Positions 12,201 through 23,769 of a DNA stretch of 64,000 nucleotides are shown one piece after another (within the stretch, counting starts at the first letter, position 1; each line of letters opens with the position of its first letter). The position numbers and the translations under genes are program-made. The DNA lies in contig MNCI01002242.1 of the NCBI GenBank assembly GCA_015680685.1, positions 526,792-590,791 of the forward strand. Reading direction: 5' to 3'. The notes under the pieces were generated by a model, which was not told the origin of the DNA, did not search any database, and saw nothing but the letters and a program-made list of their open reading frames with translations. This stretch comes from Gnetum montanum. Its lineage: Eukaryota > Plantae > Gnetophyta.

Positions 12201-13646
12201 TGGACTAAGCTATATGCCTTCAAGTCATAAAAAATAACATCTAGTTGATTGAATGGTGTTACGCAAAGTTTTTGCATCACATGAAGTTTCTCTCCTCTAG
12301 GCTACTTCTGTTGGAGAAAGTTTTAAATTATAAAGGTTCCTAATGTTGTAGTAGATTTAGTTCTAATGTTCAAATTTTTTGATTTTTAGATTATTAGCTC
12401 ACCTTCACACCTACAAATGTAAGAGTTGCCATTTTTTTCCTTTCCAGCATGTACTCACTATTATTTTTTAGAAAGGGTCATGTTATTTCTATAAATCATC
12501 TACTATCATCGTTATTTTTGGCATGCAAATATGAGAGTCATAATTTTTTTATTTCCAACATGTGTCCATCATTGTTTTTCTTTTTAATATGTGTCCACTA
12601 TTTTCTTTTAGAAATAACCATGTTTTTCCTATAAATTATTTGCTACCATATCTATTTTTGGCATGCATCTAGCATCAAAGGCATGCTAATTAACTATGAA
12701 ATTCCTCAAAAGTGGTTCATGCTACTTTCGATGTTTGTCATTTCTACCTCATTTATAGTCCATGTTTGGTAGCTTCTTTCATGTTTTGAAATTTATTTAC
12801 TTTTTCTACATTTTTTTTGGTCTTTATGAATCCTCTTTATCTACTACACATGATCTGCATAAAATTTTTAACCTATAAAATTTCTTCTATCTTTGTAGTT
12901 TTCAACTAAAGATGGAGTTTAGAATCTTTTAGATTTTGGGATCTATGCTAAATTAATATCTTCTTATTAGATGTCCATTATTTTTTTTGCGTTCTAGATA
13001 CAAGAGTAGCACTGATAATTCTACCATTATTGTTGTTTCTCTTACTACTTTTGCCAACTAATCTAGCTCTAGCTTCATTAAAACAACATAGTTCATTAAC
13101 ATTTAGACTCTTCTAGACTAAATGATATGCATCCAAGTCATAACAAAGAACATCATTTGATCGAATAGTGCTACACAAAGTTTCTACTTCATGTGAAGTT
13201 GCTCTTCTATAAGCTATTTCTATTGGAGAAATTTTTAAACTATGAAGATTTTTGATGTTGCAATAGATTTAGTTCTAATATTCAAATTTTCTAATCTTCA
13301 AATTATTGGCCCACCCTCACACCTATAAATGTAAGGATTACCAATTTTTTTCCAATATGTGCCCATTGTTTTCTTTTAGAAAGGATCATGTCCATCTTAT
13401 AAGTTATCTATTGCTAGCCCTATTTTTGACATGCATTCAACATCAAAGGCACACTGATGAGGAGTGAAATTCCTTCAAAGCACTTTAGGATATTTTTGAT
13501 ATTTGTCATTTCTACCTCATTTACAGTTGATATTTAGCAACTTCTTCCATATTTTGCATTTTCTTTACTTTTTCTACATTTTGTTCAGTCTTTGATAACT
13601 TTGTTTAGTTACTTTGTGTAACCTATAGAAAATTTTTAACTCATAA
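9223..13646 (+). repeat. Tandem array R, ~770-bp unit, about 5.7 copies; two units expanded by ~150 bp
   Basis: Anchor AAAATTTTTAACYCATAA at ~9480, 10406, 11176, 11948, 12861 and 13629 (periods ~926, 770, 772, 913, 768). The longer units contain extra TTTTTTCTTTCCAACATGTGCCCACTA sub-repeats. Confidence 0.92.
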
Positions 13647-14519
13647 GTACACAACTCACATACCACATATTAGTCCATGATTAGAAACATCATGAGGATG
13701 TCATTATAATCATAAGTGACCAAACCAATGCAACATACATAACATACTTAAGAACTCTAGCATACACGTAAGACATCATCTATTGAAAAAGCTAGTATGC
13801 ATTCCTATTATAACACATCTAGTCCTAAGCCCTACTTTGTAGAAAAGGGCAATAACCTGAGCATTAGAGGAGCTTTGGTGTACATATCCTTGGAACACAG
13901 TATGCCAGGGATCAAGATCATGTAGTTCTTTAATGATGGTGAAGATAGCATGGAACTCGTAAGGATCTCTACACTTCTCCCAACCCCTGTTCTAGAAGGC
14001 AAACAACCTTTGATTCACCAACAAGACATGTTTTACTATAATCATGTAATCCTTGTGCTGCAACTTGCATTGCTCTCAAGTCCTTCAAAATTTATTCAAC
14101 ATAAGCTTTACTTAGTCATGGTCCCCTTGTCATGGACCCATGCCTCTTATTTTTCATCCATCATGATTGGTGCCCAAGTTGCGATGTAGTCATATGTAAT
14201 TTAATTTATAGGGCTTTCAATCATGACTTATGGTTCAATCATGTTGAAGTCGCAATGAAGAAAAAAAAGTGGTCTAAGGGCTCATGGTCCTTTGGTGTTT
14301 ACCTTGTGGTCCAACCATCACTTAAAGAAGCTCATGTCCTACTAGTGGCCAAGCCACGCTTACACTTCTGACCTCTTCTAGCATGAGACAATTGCATGCT
14401 ATATAGCCAAGAGATCCATGCATCTATTGAGCCTCTAACAAACTAGGCACCCCCTATGAAAATAGAGTGCTTAGAGATTTAACTTTTTATCATAAAGTAG
14501 ATTATGTTCTTCTTCTTCT

Positions 14520-15475
14520 TCTTTTTGAAAACAAAAATAAAGAATTATGAAATTAAAATTTTGATTTCTTAGTATTGGAACCTCTCTAAAGTTGATGTTG
14601 ATGGAAGGAAAGATGGTTTTTCTATCCTCTTGAAACATCTATTCTAGGAAATGAAGGTGTGTAAAAATTACATTATTGTTAAAGGCAAGGTTTTGGCTTT
14701 TCGATGGGTAGTAGAACCAAGCTAATAAACTAACAACAATATAGGGAATTTTACTGAAAATCTGTATATAAAGCTTAATAATATTAATGGAATATTTTAA
14801 CTAGAGAAGTTTCCTAATAATAAAAGTGGAAATAAGTCTTGGAATTACAAGGACATGAAGGATTTTGAACAACTTCATTTTTATTATGATTATATCGATC
14901 TTAACCTCTTAAAAGCAAGTTCACACGGGCTAATTATAGAACAAGACCAAGCCTTCCATATAGAAAAATTAACAAAGCTAATGCTAATGGCAAGATGATT
15001 TTGATCATTCAATTCCTACTCCAAGTACTTTTATGGTATTCTTCTAATCATTGCCCTCTTCTCTTTTGGGGGACAAAAAATCTTTCATAAAGGTTCCTTT
15101 AAATTTAAAATATATTTGCTAGAAGGATATAGTTTACAAGATAATGTCAAGGACCTATGACATGATTATATCACTTAACTTGATCCATCAATTGAAGACT
15201 ATATTGAATGCTCTCAAAAATATTCTTAGAAGTTGGGATTTTAGGAACAACACTCAATTCTTAAAGGAAAAGGATAAATTACTTGAGAGATTTAAAATGG
15301 TCCAATAAGATTTGAATGAGTTTAGAACATCATCTAAAGAGGTACACTCTCTTCAAAATTTACAAAAGATCTATGATGATGAGGGATCATACTAGAAGCA
15401 GTGTGCTAGAGGGAGATGATTGAAAGATGGGGATCACCTTAGTTGATTCTTCTTCGAAATTGTCAACATGTCCAA
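14520..15475 (+). mobile_element. L1-type LINE ORF2 remnant, 5' part (APE endonuclease/tower region)
   Basis: Degenerate KFTRAN..RKINKA, SSNHCPLL, FKFKIYL and EGSY*KQCARGR*LKDGDHLS*FFFEIVN (L1 consensus EE..WKQRSR..WLK.GD.NTKFFH). The frame continues after 50713. Confidence 0.7.
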
Positions 15476-16377
15476 TGGTGCAAGGGTTGCATCTCAATAG
15501 ATCCCAATAGGACCCAATCCACAACTTCCAAGCAAATATAGCTTAGAAAAAAAATAACAAAATGAAATAGAGAAACTATTCTTTATATTAAGAAAGCTCT
15601 TAAAATATAAAGAAAATACATTAAGATGAGGGTCTAAGCTCAACTCACAACTCTTCCAAGGATCTTAGAGGTCATACTTCTTTCTTCTTAATCCTCAATT
15701 TCTCATAATGGAGCCCAAGCTCAAAACAAAACACTCATAAGAGATTTTCCTAACCTTTCTCAAGTGTTTCCCCTTTCCTCTCACTCAATTTCCTTGCACA
15801 ATCTCTCTTCTTGTGCAAGCTTTTATCCTTAATATCTCTCTCTATTTTGCTCTTGGTCAAGGTTAGGCACCAACAATGGTGAATTACATCAATATTTATA
15901 AGCAACTAGAAGACAAGAAACCTAGAAACCTTTCCTCAACTCAAGGATCTTTAGATATTTTCCACATCTTCTCATCTTCTTCTTGTCTATTTTCATCTTT
16001 CTTTGGCTATTTCCCAAATTAAGATGATTGTTTTTGGAAGTTTCCCTAACCATACAAATCATCATTGACCTCCACAAGATGTCTCTGAGTTAGCTTGTCT
16101 CTTGGGGAAAATGTCTACTATTTTTCCAAGATGTCTCCTTTAGGGATCAAGACATCTTGCCTGAGATGTATTGGATGTAGCTAAGATGTTTCGCCTACTA
16201 GGGCTAAATACAAAGATACTTATTTTGAGGTCTAGAACCTCTAGATTCCTCCAAAAAAGTCCTCATAGACCTTGGAATCCTCTAAACACATCAAAATGAG
16301 CCCAAAACACCCCAAAACTTACCAAAGCATACTTGTGGCATAGAATTAAGGGAATTGGAAGAGGTGTCCCTACACTA
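15476..16377 (-). repeat. 3' LTR of element A
   Basis: Colinear with 49780-50708 over ~900 bp; adjacent to the PPT (reverse complement AAGGGTGGGAGAGC). Confidence 0.9.
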
Positions 16378-17039
16378 GCTCTCCCACCCTTAAAAATATC
16401 ATTCTTCATGATCTTTCATAAGCTGGAAGGCACCATGCCCCCTTGACTCAAGGCCATCACAATAATGATGAGTCAATGCATTACAAACATGAGAATGAGT
16501 ATCATTGGAGGTTTTGGTTTTGATCTTCCTTTGCTCATGATGGCTTATCCTCATGTCCCACCATACTTCCTTTGTTTAAGCATCTCCTTAGAGTGCTTTT
16601 CTTGCATTTCCATAATGACTCAAGCATGCGTAATAGTGAGAAAAAAATCTAGAAAAATAATTATTAGCATAAACCCATGAACTAGGCCTCCTTACCTTAT
16701 GCCCAAATAGTAATGGAATTTCTCCACTTATTGCCAATTGATCTTCCTTATTCTTCCAAGACTCCATGGCCAATACAAACTTTAGCCCAACACTCACATA
16801 AGTTCCCAAAAGCATCAACTAACACACCACTATCATCAACATCCAAGCAAAATCAACCTTCATATCATTCATATGAGGCTTCATGGACTTAATAATAACA
16901 TCTATATCAAATGCATTCTCTTTAGCATCAAAAATATTTCATCATCACAAATAGAATTCACCCTTACGATCTCCTTACAACTAGGAAGCATCAATGAAAA
17001 ATTCAAATTACCAATCTCACTATCAATAATAGTGGGAAA

Positions 17040-17620
17040 CATCCTAAACTTATGATTGCCTTTTCTTATAGTCTAACTATTATTTTGACCATCAAAGATA
17101 GCCTTATTATCATAATTCCAAGTTCTACCAAATACGAGATCTAAATAGTCAATAGGTAATAGGAAATACATCACAGAGAATTTGATCATGAAAACTTCCA
17201 ATGGAATAATCAATAAGACACTATTCTTTGACTTGCTTATAATGATTCTTCATTAATTTATACACTTTATATGGATTAGGGTGAGGAATTGTAGCTAATT
17301 TTAATGACTCCACCATCAATGAGCATACTCAATGAATGGTCCTTAGCATTACAACGGGTTCTAAATAATCTCTTTCTCATAACATCCAACAAAAGCACAA
17401 CTATTCAATTTACTTTGGTCAACAATGTACAAAAGTTCATGTTCACACACCTTTTCTAAAGATTCAAGTGCTTTCTCTTGCATAGTTTGAATTTCCTTAC
17501 CCTTAAAGGAATTCTTCTTTGGCTTTGTGCATTCCCATTATTTATTACCTAGTGCATCATAATTATAACATATATCTTTACCATGATCTTTACCTCTTAA
17601 AGATCATTCCCTTCTTCTTC
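17040..17620 (-). pseudogene. Element A gag zinc knuckle and aspartic protease remnant
   Basis: ICYNYDALGNK*WEC (decayed CCHC), LFRTRCNAKDHSLSML..DGG and DLVFGRTWNYDNKAIFDG. No RT motifs between here and the 3' LTR. Confidence 0.7.
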
Positions 17621-17625
17621 CCCTC

Positions 17626-18549
17626 TAATGAGTGATAGAGTAATCCAACATCCAACCATACAAGTTGTCAGTGTTCACACGTAATCCAATTGTAATTCGT
17701 GGATGGTCAATGCTAATATTCTAGTAATTAAGTTAAGCTCATGATCATTGTCTTCCCACATCAAGCTAGTAGAATCTAAGTGTATGGTTTAGCTTGCAGT
17801 GAGGCATATGATAGTTGATGTTGATCGGCCACTAATACTCCTAAGTGTAGACATGATGAAAATGAAAGCAATTGCTAAGTTTAAGTAATAAAAAGTAGGT
17901 AAATCTATTCTAGCCTATAGCAAAGGATAATTATTCTTGATTTACTAGACATGTCTTGGACTTATGTAATTGCCATTGGGATTACCAAGTATTATGCTAC
18001 TAGGAAAACCAAGCAATAATACTACCGAGATTACCAAACGATCATACTTAACACTTGAAATTAGTCATATCCATTCTACTTACTATCAATAAGTAAAGGT
18101 AACATGCTTTGGAAAAGTAAAGTATTATGCCAGTAAAGCAATAAACATTAAGCTAGGTAAGTAATACATATTATGCTAAGTAAAAATAGTAAACTAAGAG
18201 AATGCTACAATGATGATAAATAGTTTTGGTCTTTATTTCTTGTCACAACTTGTGCCCAAGTACAAACTGCTTGAACAAAGACTCTATTCAACTACAACAC
18301 ATCACACTGCAGGCATTCACTATTCTAATCACTAAGTCTAAATTCAAGAAATAAATTGCAAGAGTTTGATTACTATGGGACTGAATAAGTTGTTGGATTG
18401 TGCATTCAAGTGTCATATTTATAGGGGTGCACACATCTTAAGACATTGTATCAACAATGATGTAGCATGAGAAGTAGCATCGTATCACGACATCATTGAT
18501 ATGACATCAATACTATGATGTCATAATACAACAAAATTTGGATTTATCA
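17626..18549 (-). repeat. 3' LTR of element B
   Basis: Colinear with 47852-48739; TATA box (reverse complement CTATAAATA) at ~18416-18424. Confidence 0.9.
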
Positions 18550-18742
18550 TTACCATGATTGGAAACTTGTCCTTGAGTTTAAAAAAATGAGGATGGAGTT
18601 CCTTACAAAATTAGGAGGTAGATTCAACTCTACATGACTAATGGACTATTTACATGATGCTAAATGCCCCAGTGGTGTTTCTACAAAATTAACACAAGTA
18701 TATGACAAAACAAAAATAAAAATAAAAATGGCTTGATGTAGT

Positions 18743-21482
18743 TTATGTGCCCGATGGTGGTGGCTCTTGCATCAGCTACTTCTCCTTATCATCAAGCTTC
18801 TTGAATTAACATTTATTATCCATGCCTGTTGAGCAATCTATGACAGAGTCAATACATCTCATGGGCATGGTAGTTGTGGGAACATTTGATTTGCCTTTAC
18901 ATACCATGTTGTAAACTATCATTGTTCTTCTTAATATGCCTAGTTATTTTTCTTAGTTCTTGATAATCTGACATTTTGTAAACCAAAATAGCTACAACAT
19001 CTTTCTGACCCTGGTAGCCAACCTTAACAACTTCTAATTTTGAGTTTTCTATCTATAACTTCTACAATGCATCCTTTCTGTTAGCAAACTCTTTTTCATA
19101 CAGAGTGTACACGATCACTACTTGTTATTATAGCTCATTTCTAGGCTTGCCTACTATTAATATGGCTACATTAGTATAACAAAGATTAGCTAACCCCATA
19201 TACTCTATAAGATCTTTGATTTTTAGGTCTTTATTCTTTGTTTTTACCTGGTTGACATGAGCAAGGCTATCTAAGATTGGCTACTAATCAAGATTATGAT
19301 CAAAGATAGAACTAATATTGGCCTTTTCCATTGAGATATCCTTCTTGTTGATCTACTTATACATACCCATCTAGCCTCTAAAATGTTCCTTGAGCCTCTC
19401 ATGCTTTTTTGCCTCATTTTGCCACATGTTTATTTCTATGGCAGATTCCTATCTTATTGCGTGGACTTCTTCCATGAAAGTGTCCTATTTTCTCTAGCCA
19501 AGTGGCTCATGTCTTGGTTAACTCTCATAAGTTATTCTCTTAAATGATGGATGCTTTCTTTAAGAACATTTTTTTTGTTTTTCTACATTGGTCAACCTTG
19601 TATTTTCTGCAACTAATTGCTTATTCTCTTCTTGCAAGGTAGTTAGTGCTTTGGCATATGCATATGTTTGTGCTTCTACTATTGATGCATCCCAAACCAC
19701 CTTCTCCTTCTCCTTTTTCATTTTCATGTTTTTATCAACCAGCCTCTTCACATGGTTACATCTAAATTGTTCTAGTTGGTTTGGCACCATAAATTGTGCA
19801 GGGTCTCTTCTTTTAGCTCATAGTATGATTAGCTCTTCTTGTAATCTTTTGACTTCATTTTTAGCATGCTCCTCCTTAGTCTTGACCATGACCAATTTTC
19901 ACTTTCACTTGGTGGTGATCAATTCAAACTACAATATAGTAATATCACTTGGGATATCAAAAAAATTTTGCATGACCTATCCTATCTACAACAATTTATC
20001 AAGGATGTCCTCATATTCAACAAGATTCATTAAGGAACTAACAAGCATTTAAGCATCTCTTACTCTTGAAAGATCTAGTGGTGGGACAATAGGGATGTTG
20101 AATGATTAATGTGATCTGTGATCACCTCTGCTACTCATTTTGCATCTTAATGCTGCATGATCACTACTGTGGCTTCTTCTCCAATTTCCAGCATCACTTG
20201 GAATGATGCAGCATTCCTTGATATCTATTGTGACCATCCCCTTCTCTTGACTACAATGAAATCTTTCCATTCACAGGATTTGTTGAAACTATTAGTCTAA
20301 TTTCATTGTCTATGACCTTGTATATATTGGTCTCTTCTCTTGTTCCCTAGCTAACAATTTCTACAATTTGTTGCAGGTGGCTCATTGATGGCTTGTGATC
20401 CTATGGTAGTGGTGGAACTTGCTACTATTGATGTTGCTCAATCTATTGTTGACTACTAGGTCCAACCTCCTATTTCTAACCAGTAGTTGGAGTGCTATCA
20501 ACAAGTGTGATACCTGTAGTTCCCTCAATGCCTGTTGGTTTTTCTACTTGATCCTTTCTTAGAGGCACTAGTGTAAGCATCTTTGTGTATGAAGCATTCT
20601 AAGCCTTCCTAGGGACATCATTAGTGTACCTTAGAATTCCATCTTATATGCACAGCTTTCTGATAAGGCAAGAGAATGGAAGTGTTAACTTCCCTACTTT
20701 CTTTTCTTTGAACCGCCTTCAAATTTCAAGGAAGTAGAGATGGGCAATGTTTGCATTGAATTTTCCCATTAGGATGGTGCTTCCTCTAGTTGCATATGTT
20801 GATATTCAATTAAGCCTTTTGGTAGGAAATATGTGGTAGGTGCCAATTTTGAAATACATCTTTTCTTTCAAGGTCAACTCACTATGATCTTTGTTATCCT
20901 TGCCATATGCCCATTACAACCATAGTCTCCTTGCATCAGTATTAGATCTGTGGAGATTATGCCACATTTTCCCCTTCATTTTGCACATTTAGGGCCTTAG
21001 AAAACACTTTCACAAAATAGGATACTGAGACTCCTTCAATCTTGACCATTGCATTAGCCTACTTGTTGTGCTAGAAATGGTATGTCTCTTCTAATTACCA
21101 TTTTGCGCTTCTTGTAAGTGTGCACCATAGTGGTAATGCTTGAAGTTGTGTCTTTACTATTTCTAGAGGAAATTCCATGAATGAACAAAAATTTAATTCC
21201 AAAATAATCATGAACATGATCGATTTCTCCTAGATGGCCTAGAGACATTCTGGTGATAGCATGAGGCATTGTCCTTATTCTGGTACTTGTGGACCTTCTA
21301 CTTTTTCCTAGGCAAAGTGCTCTATGGTAGGGATTAGTTGATGGATACTAAAATATTTAGCCTCCTACTCTACATGTTTTTCTTGAGGGGTTTGCTTCCT
21401 CATTCGACCTCTCCCACTAACTCTTATTCTTTTGCTCCTTGGTTGTGAAGGTCCTCCTTTGGGTACTCTCTTTGGGATCATA
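18743..21482 (-). pseudogene. Element B accessory ORF (plant-transposon-protein/env-like domain + long coiled coil + Pro-rich end)
   Basis: Basic N-terminus MIPKRVPKGGPSQPRSKRIR; ELTLKEKMYFKIGTYHIFP..LPFSCLIRKLC; coiled-coil ORF 19560-19790; ends EPPPSGT*. Homologous to 40933-43691. Confidence 0.75.
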
Positions 21483-22822
21483 TGTAATCACTAAGGATTT
21501 GAGATTATCCAAGTATTCACATGAAGTCTTAACATTTCATTACCTTACTCATACGCTTGGTTAAATCAAGTTTCTTATCTTATTATTATTGTAGAGTTAC
21601 AAAAAATCTTCAAAAAGGAACCTCCTTAGGTGTTATCTCTTTATAATCCTTCACAATTATCATTCTTGTTCTTATTTATGGCATAAAATAGTTGGTATGG
21701 TACATTAAGAGGATTTTTTAAGTGTTTCTAGCCTTAGTTTAATTGAAAAATTATAAAATTCTCATTATTCCTTTGTACTTACCCTTTATGATACTATTTA
21801 GGTATTANTTTAAATCAGAGATATGACGGCAAAGTTATGATCTTTGGAAGTTAGCATGTTAGAGCTCTAAAAGAAAACTTTCTAAAACTCTCCTTTGGAT
21901 AAAATGAGTAATGAAAAAAAAATTCTAACTTCCACACATATATATACTATTTTTATAAGGGTGATATTGTAGATACAACATCGTAGGGCCTAGAATATTA
22001 TCGTGAGAATTTTCAAAGTTTTCTTGGGTTTTTTAGGGAAAAATGAGTCAAAGGAAATATCTGGAGGATATGAAGCATTTCTAGAGGATATGAAGCAGTT
22101 AGTATCACTAAATTGGTAGTAATGATGCATAATTATCAAGAATTTGACATTCAAATTTCATGAAGAATGAATCTTAGGCAATGAAAGTTGATTGAATGGA
22201 TAAGAGATTGGGTAATGAATTTCTAGTGTATGGACAAACTATTAGATGTTATGGGAAGTCTTTATTAAGTCTTGATTGTTTTGGAAGGCATAAGATGATG
22301 TGGAAATGCTTGCCAAGTATGAGATACAATAGTTATACAAGTAGGTCCTCCCCAAAGTAGGCTCTAGCCCTTAATGCCCCTGTATAACCATGGTTAAAAG
22401 TGTCCTTAGGTATCAAGGAGTTGAATGTAAGACATACCTATCTAGCAAAACACACATGTTAGTATCACTAAATTGGGAAAATATCACTATGTTACACATA
22501 ACTACAAGCTATGATTAACTATACCATGAGATGAGATGGACTTTAGAAAGAATAGCTAAAATCAGGACATGAGGTGTCTTACCATGGGCATAATGAATCC
22601 TTTGTGTGTAAGTAGCAGTTAAGGTAATCATTAGCCCTTCCTTGAAAGAGTCAAACCAAGTCCAGACCACTTTTCAGTGACATCACATTGTTTCCTCTCT
22701 TAAATTTGCAACCATAAGACTACCATTGTTGCAAAGAGTATTACCACTTGGCGTATTGTCCAATGGAGGAGTTTATTCATTGCACTTCTTTATTTTTTTT
22801 TTCTAGATTCATAAGAAGCTGC

Positions 22823-23053
22823 CTACCTTCAGGCATGGGTAACATCTTTCTAGTGGGACCCCTAGAAATCTATTCTATGCATGGATTTTATTTTTAACTA
22901 TATCAACCTTACTAGAGAACTACCTTCAGGCATGGATAACATGTCTTTCTAGTGGTACCCCTAGAAATTTATTTTGTGCATGGATTTTCTTTTTAACTAT
23001 GTCAAACTTACCAAAGAACTACCTTCAAGCATGGGTAACATGTCTTTCCAGTG
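22823..23053. repeat. ~98-bp tandem repeat (about 2.4 copies) in the element B post-pol spacer
   Basis: CTACCTTCAGGCATGGGTAACAT at 22823, 22920 and 23019 (small variants). Confidence 0.85.
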
Positions 23054-23769
23054 ACATGGTAAGGTAGCACTTATTGTACTCTTAATCCCATTTTTCATTA
23101 GATTTGCAAGGATATAATACAATCTAACCAACAAGATAGAACTTATAATAGTATGGTAACAAAATCCACATATCCCTTTAATATCACATTGTTTGCATTC
23201 CTACTTGGTTCTTCACTTTTCGATCCAAGCATAATGATCACAAGTTTATTCGTAGTTTTATTATAGAAAGAATATCATTATGGTCATGGTAATAACCTCT
23301 TATTATTGGAATGGATGGATGAATGGTGTGGTCTCACTGTATAGATAACTAGTCTCTTATGATTGATAACATAGAGAAATATTCACCTTATTTGGAACTA
23401 CATCTTTGTCGTATTTGATGGGTTTTATTGGAAATTTGACAAAATTATGTACAAGTAAAATGAAAAAAAAACATGAAAAAAGAGAAAAAATATCAAGAAT
23501 TAGAAAAATAAAAAGAATGAAAGATTATTAAATAATTAGAAAATATCAAAGAATATTAAAAATTTAAGAAATGAAAAGGTTAAAGAAAAAGGAAAACATA
23601 TCAAGAAAATAGAAAATTAATAAGAGAGTGGAAAAAATTTCAGAAGTACCTAAATGTCTAGTAGACACCCCCATGACTAGGGTCAAGATCAATCAATCAA
23701 AACAATGAATAAGTTAAGAACATTTGGACAGTTTGGATGGAATCTTTGGTGGAATTAGGATATTGATGG

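Noticed and set aside
13647-14500. Possible internal fragment of another LTR element
   Set aside because: No diagnostic protein motif, terminus or TSD could be identified; left unassigned.
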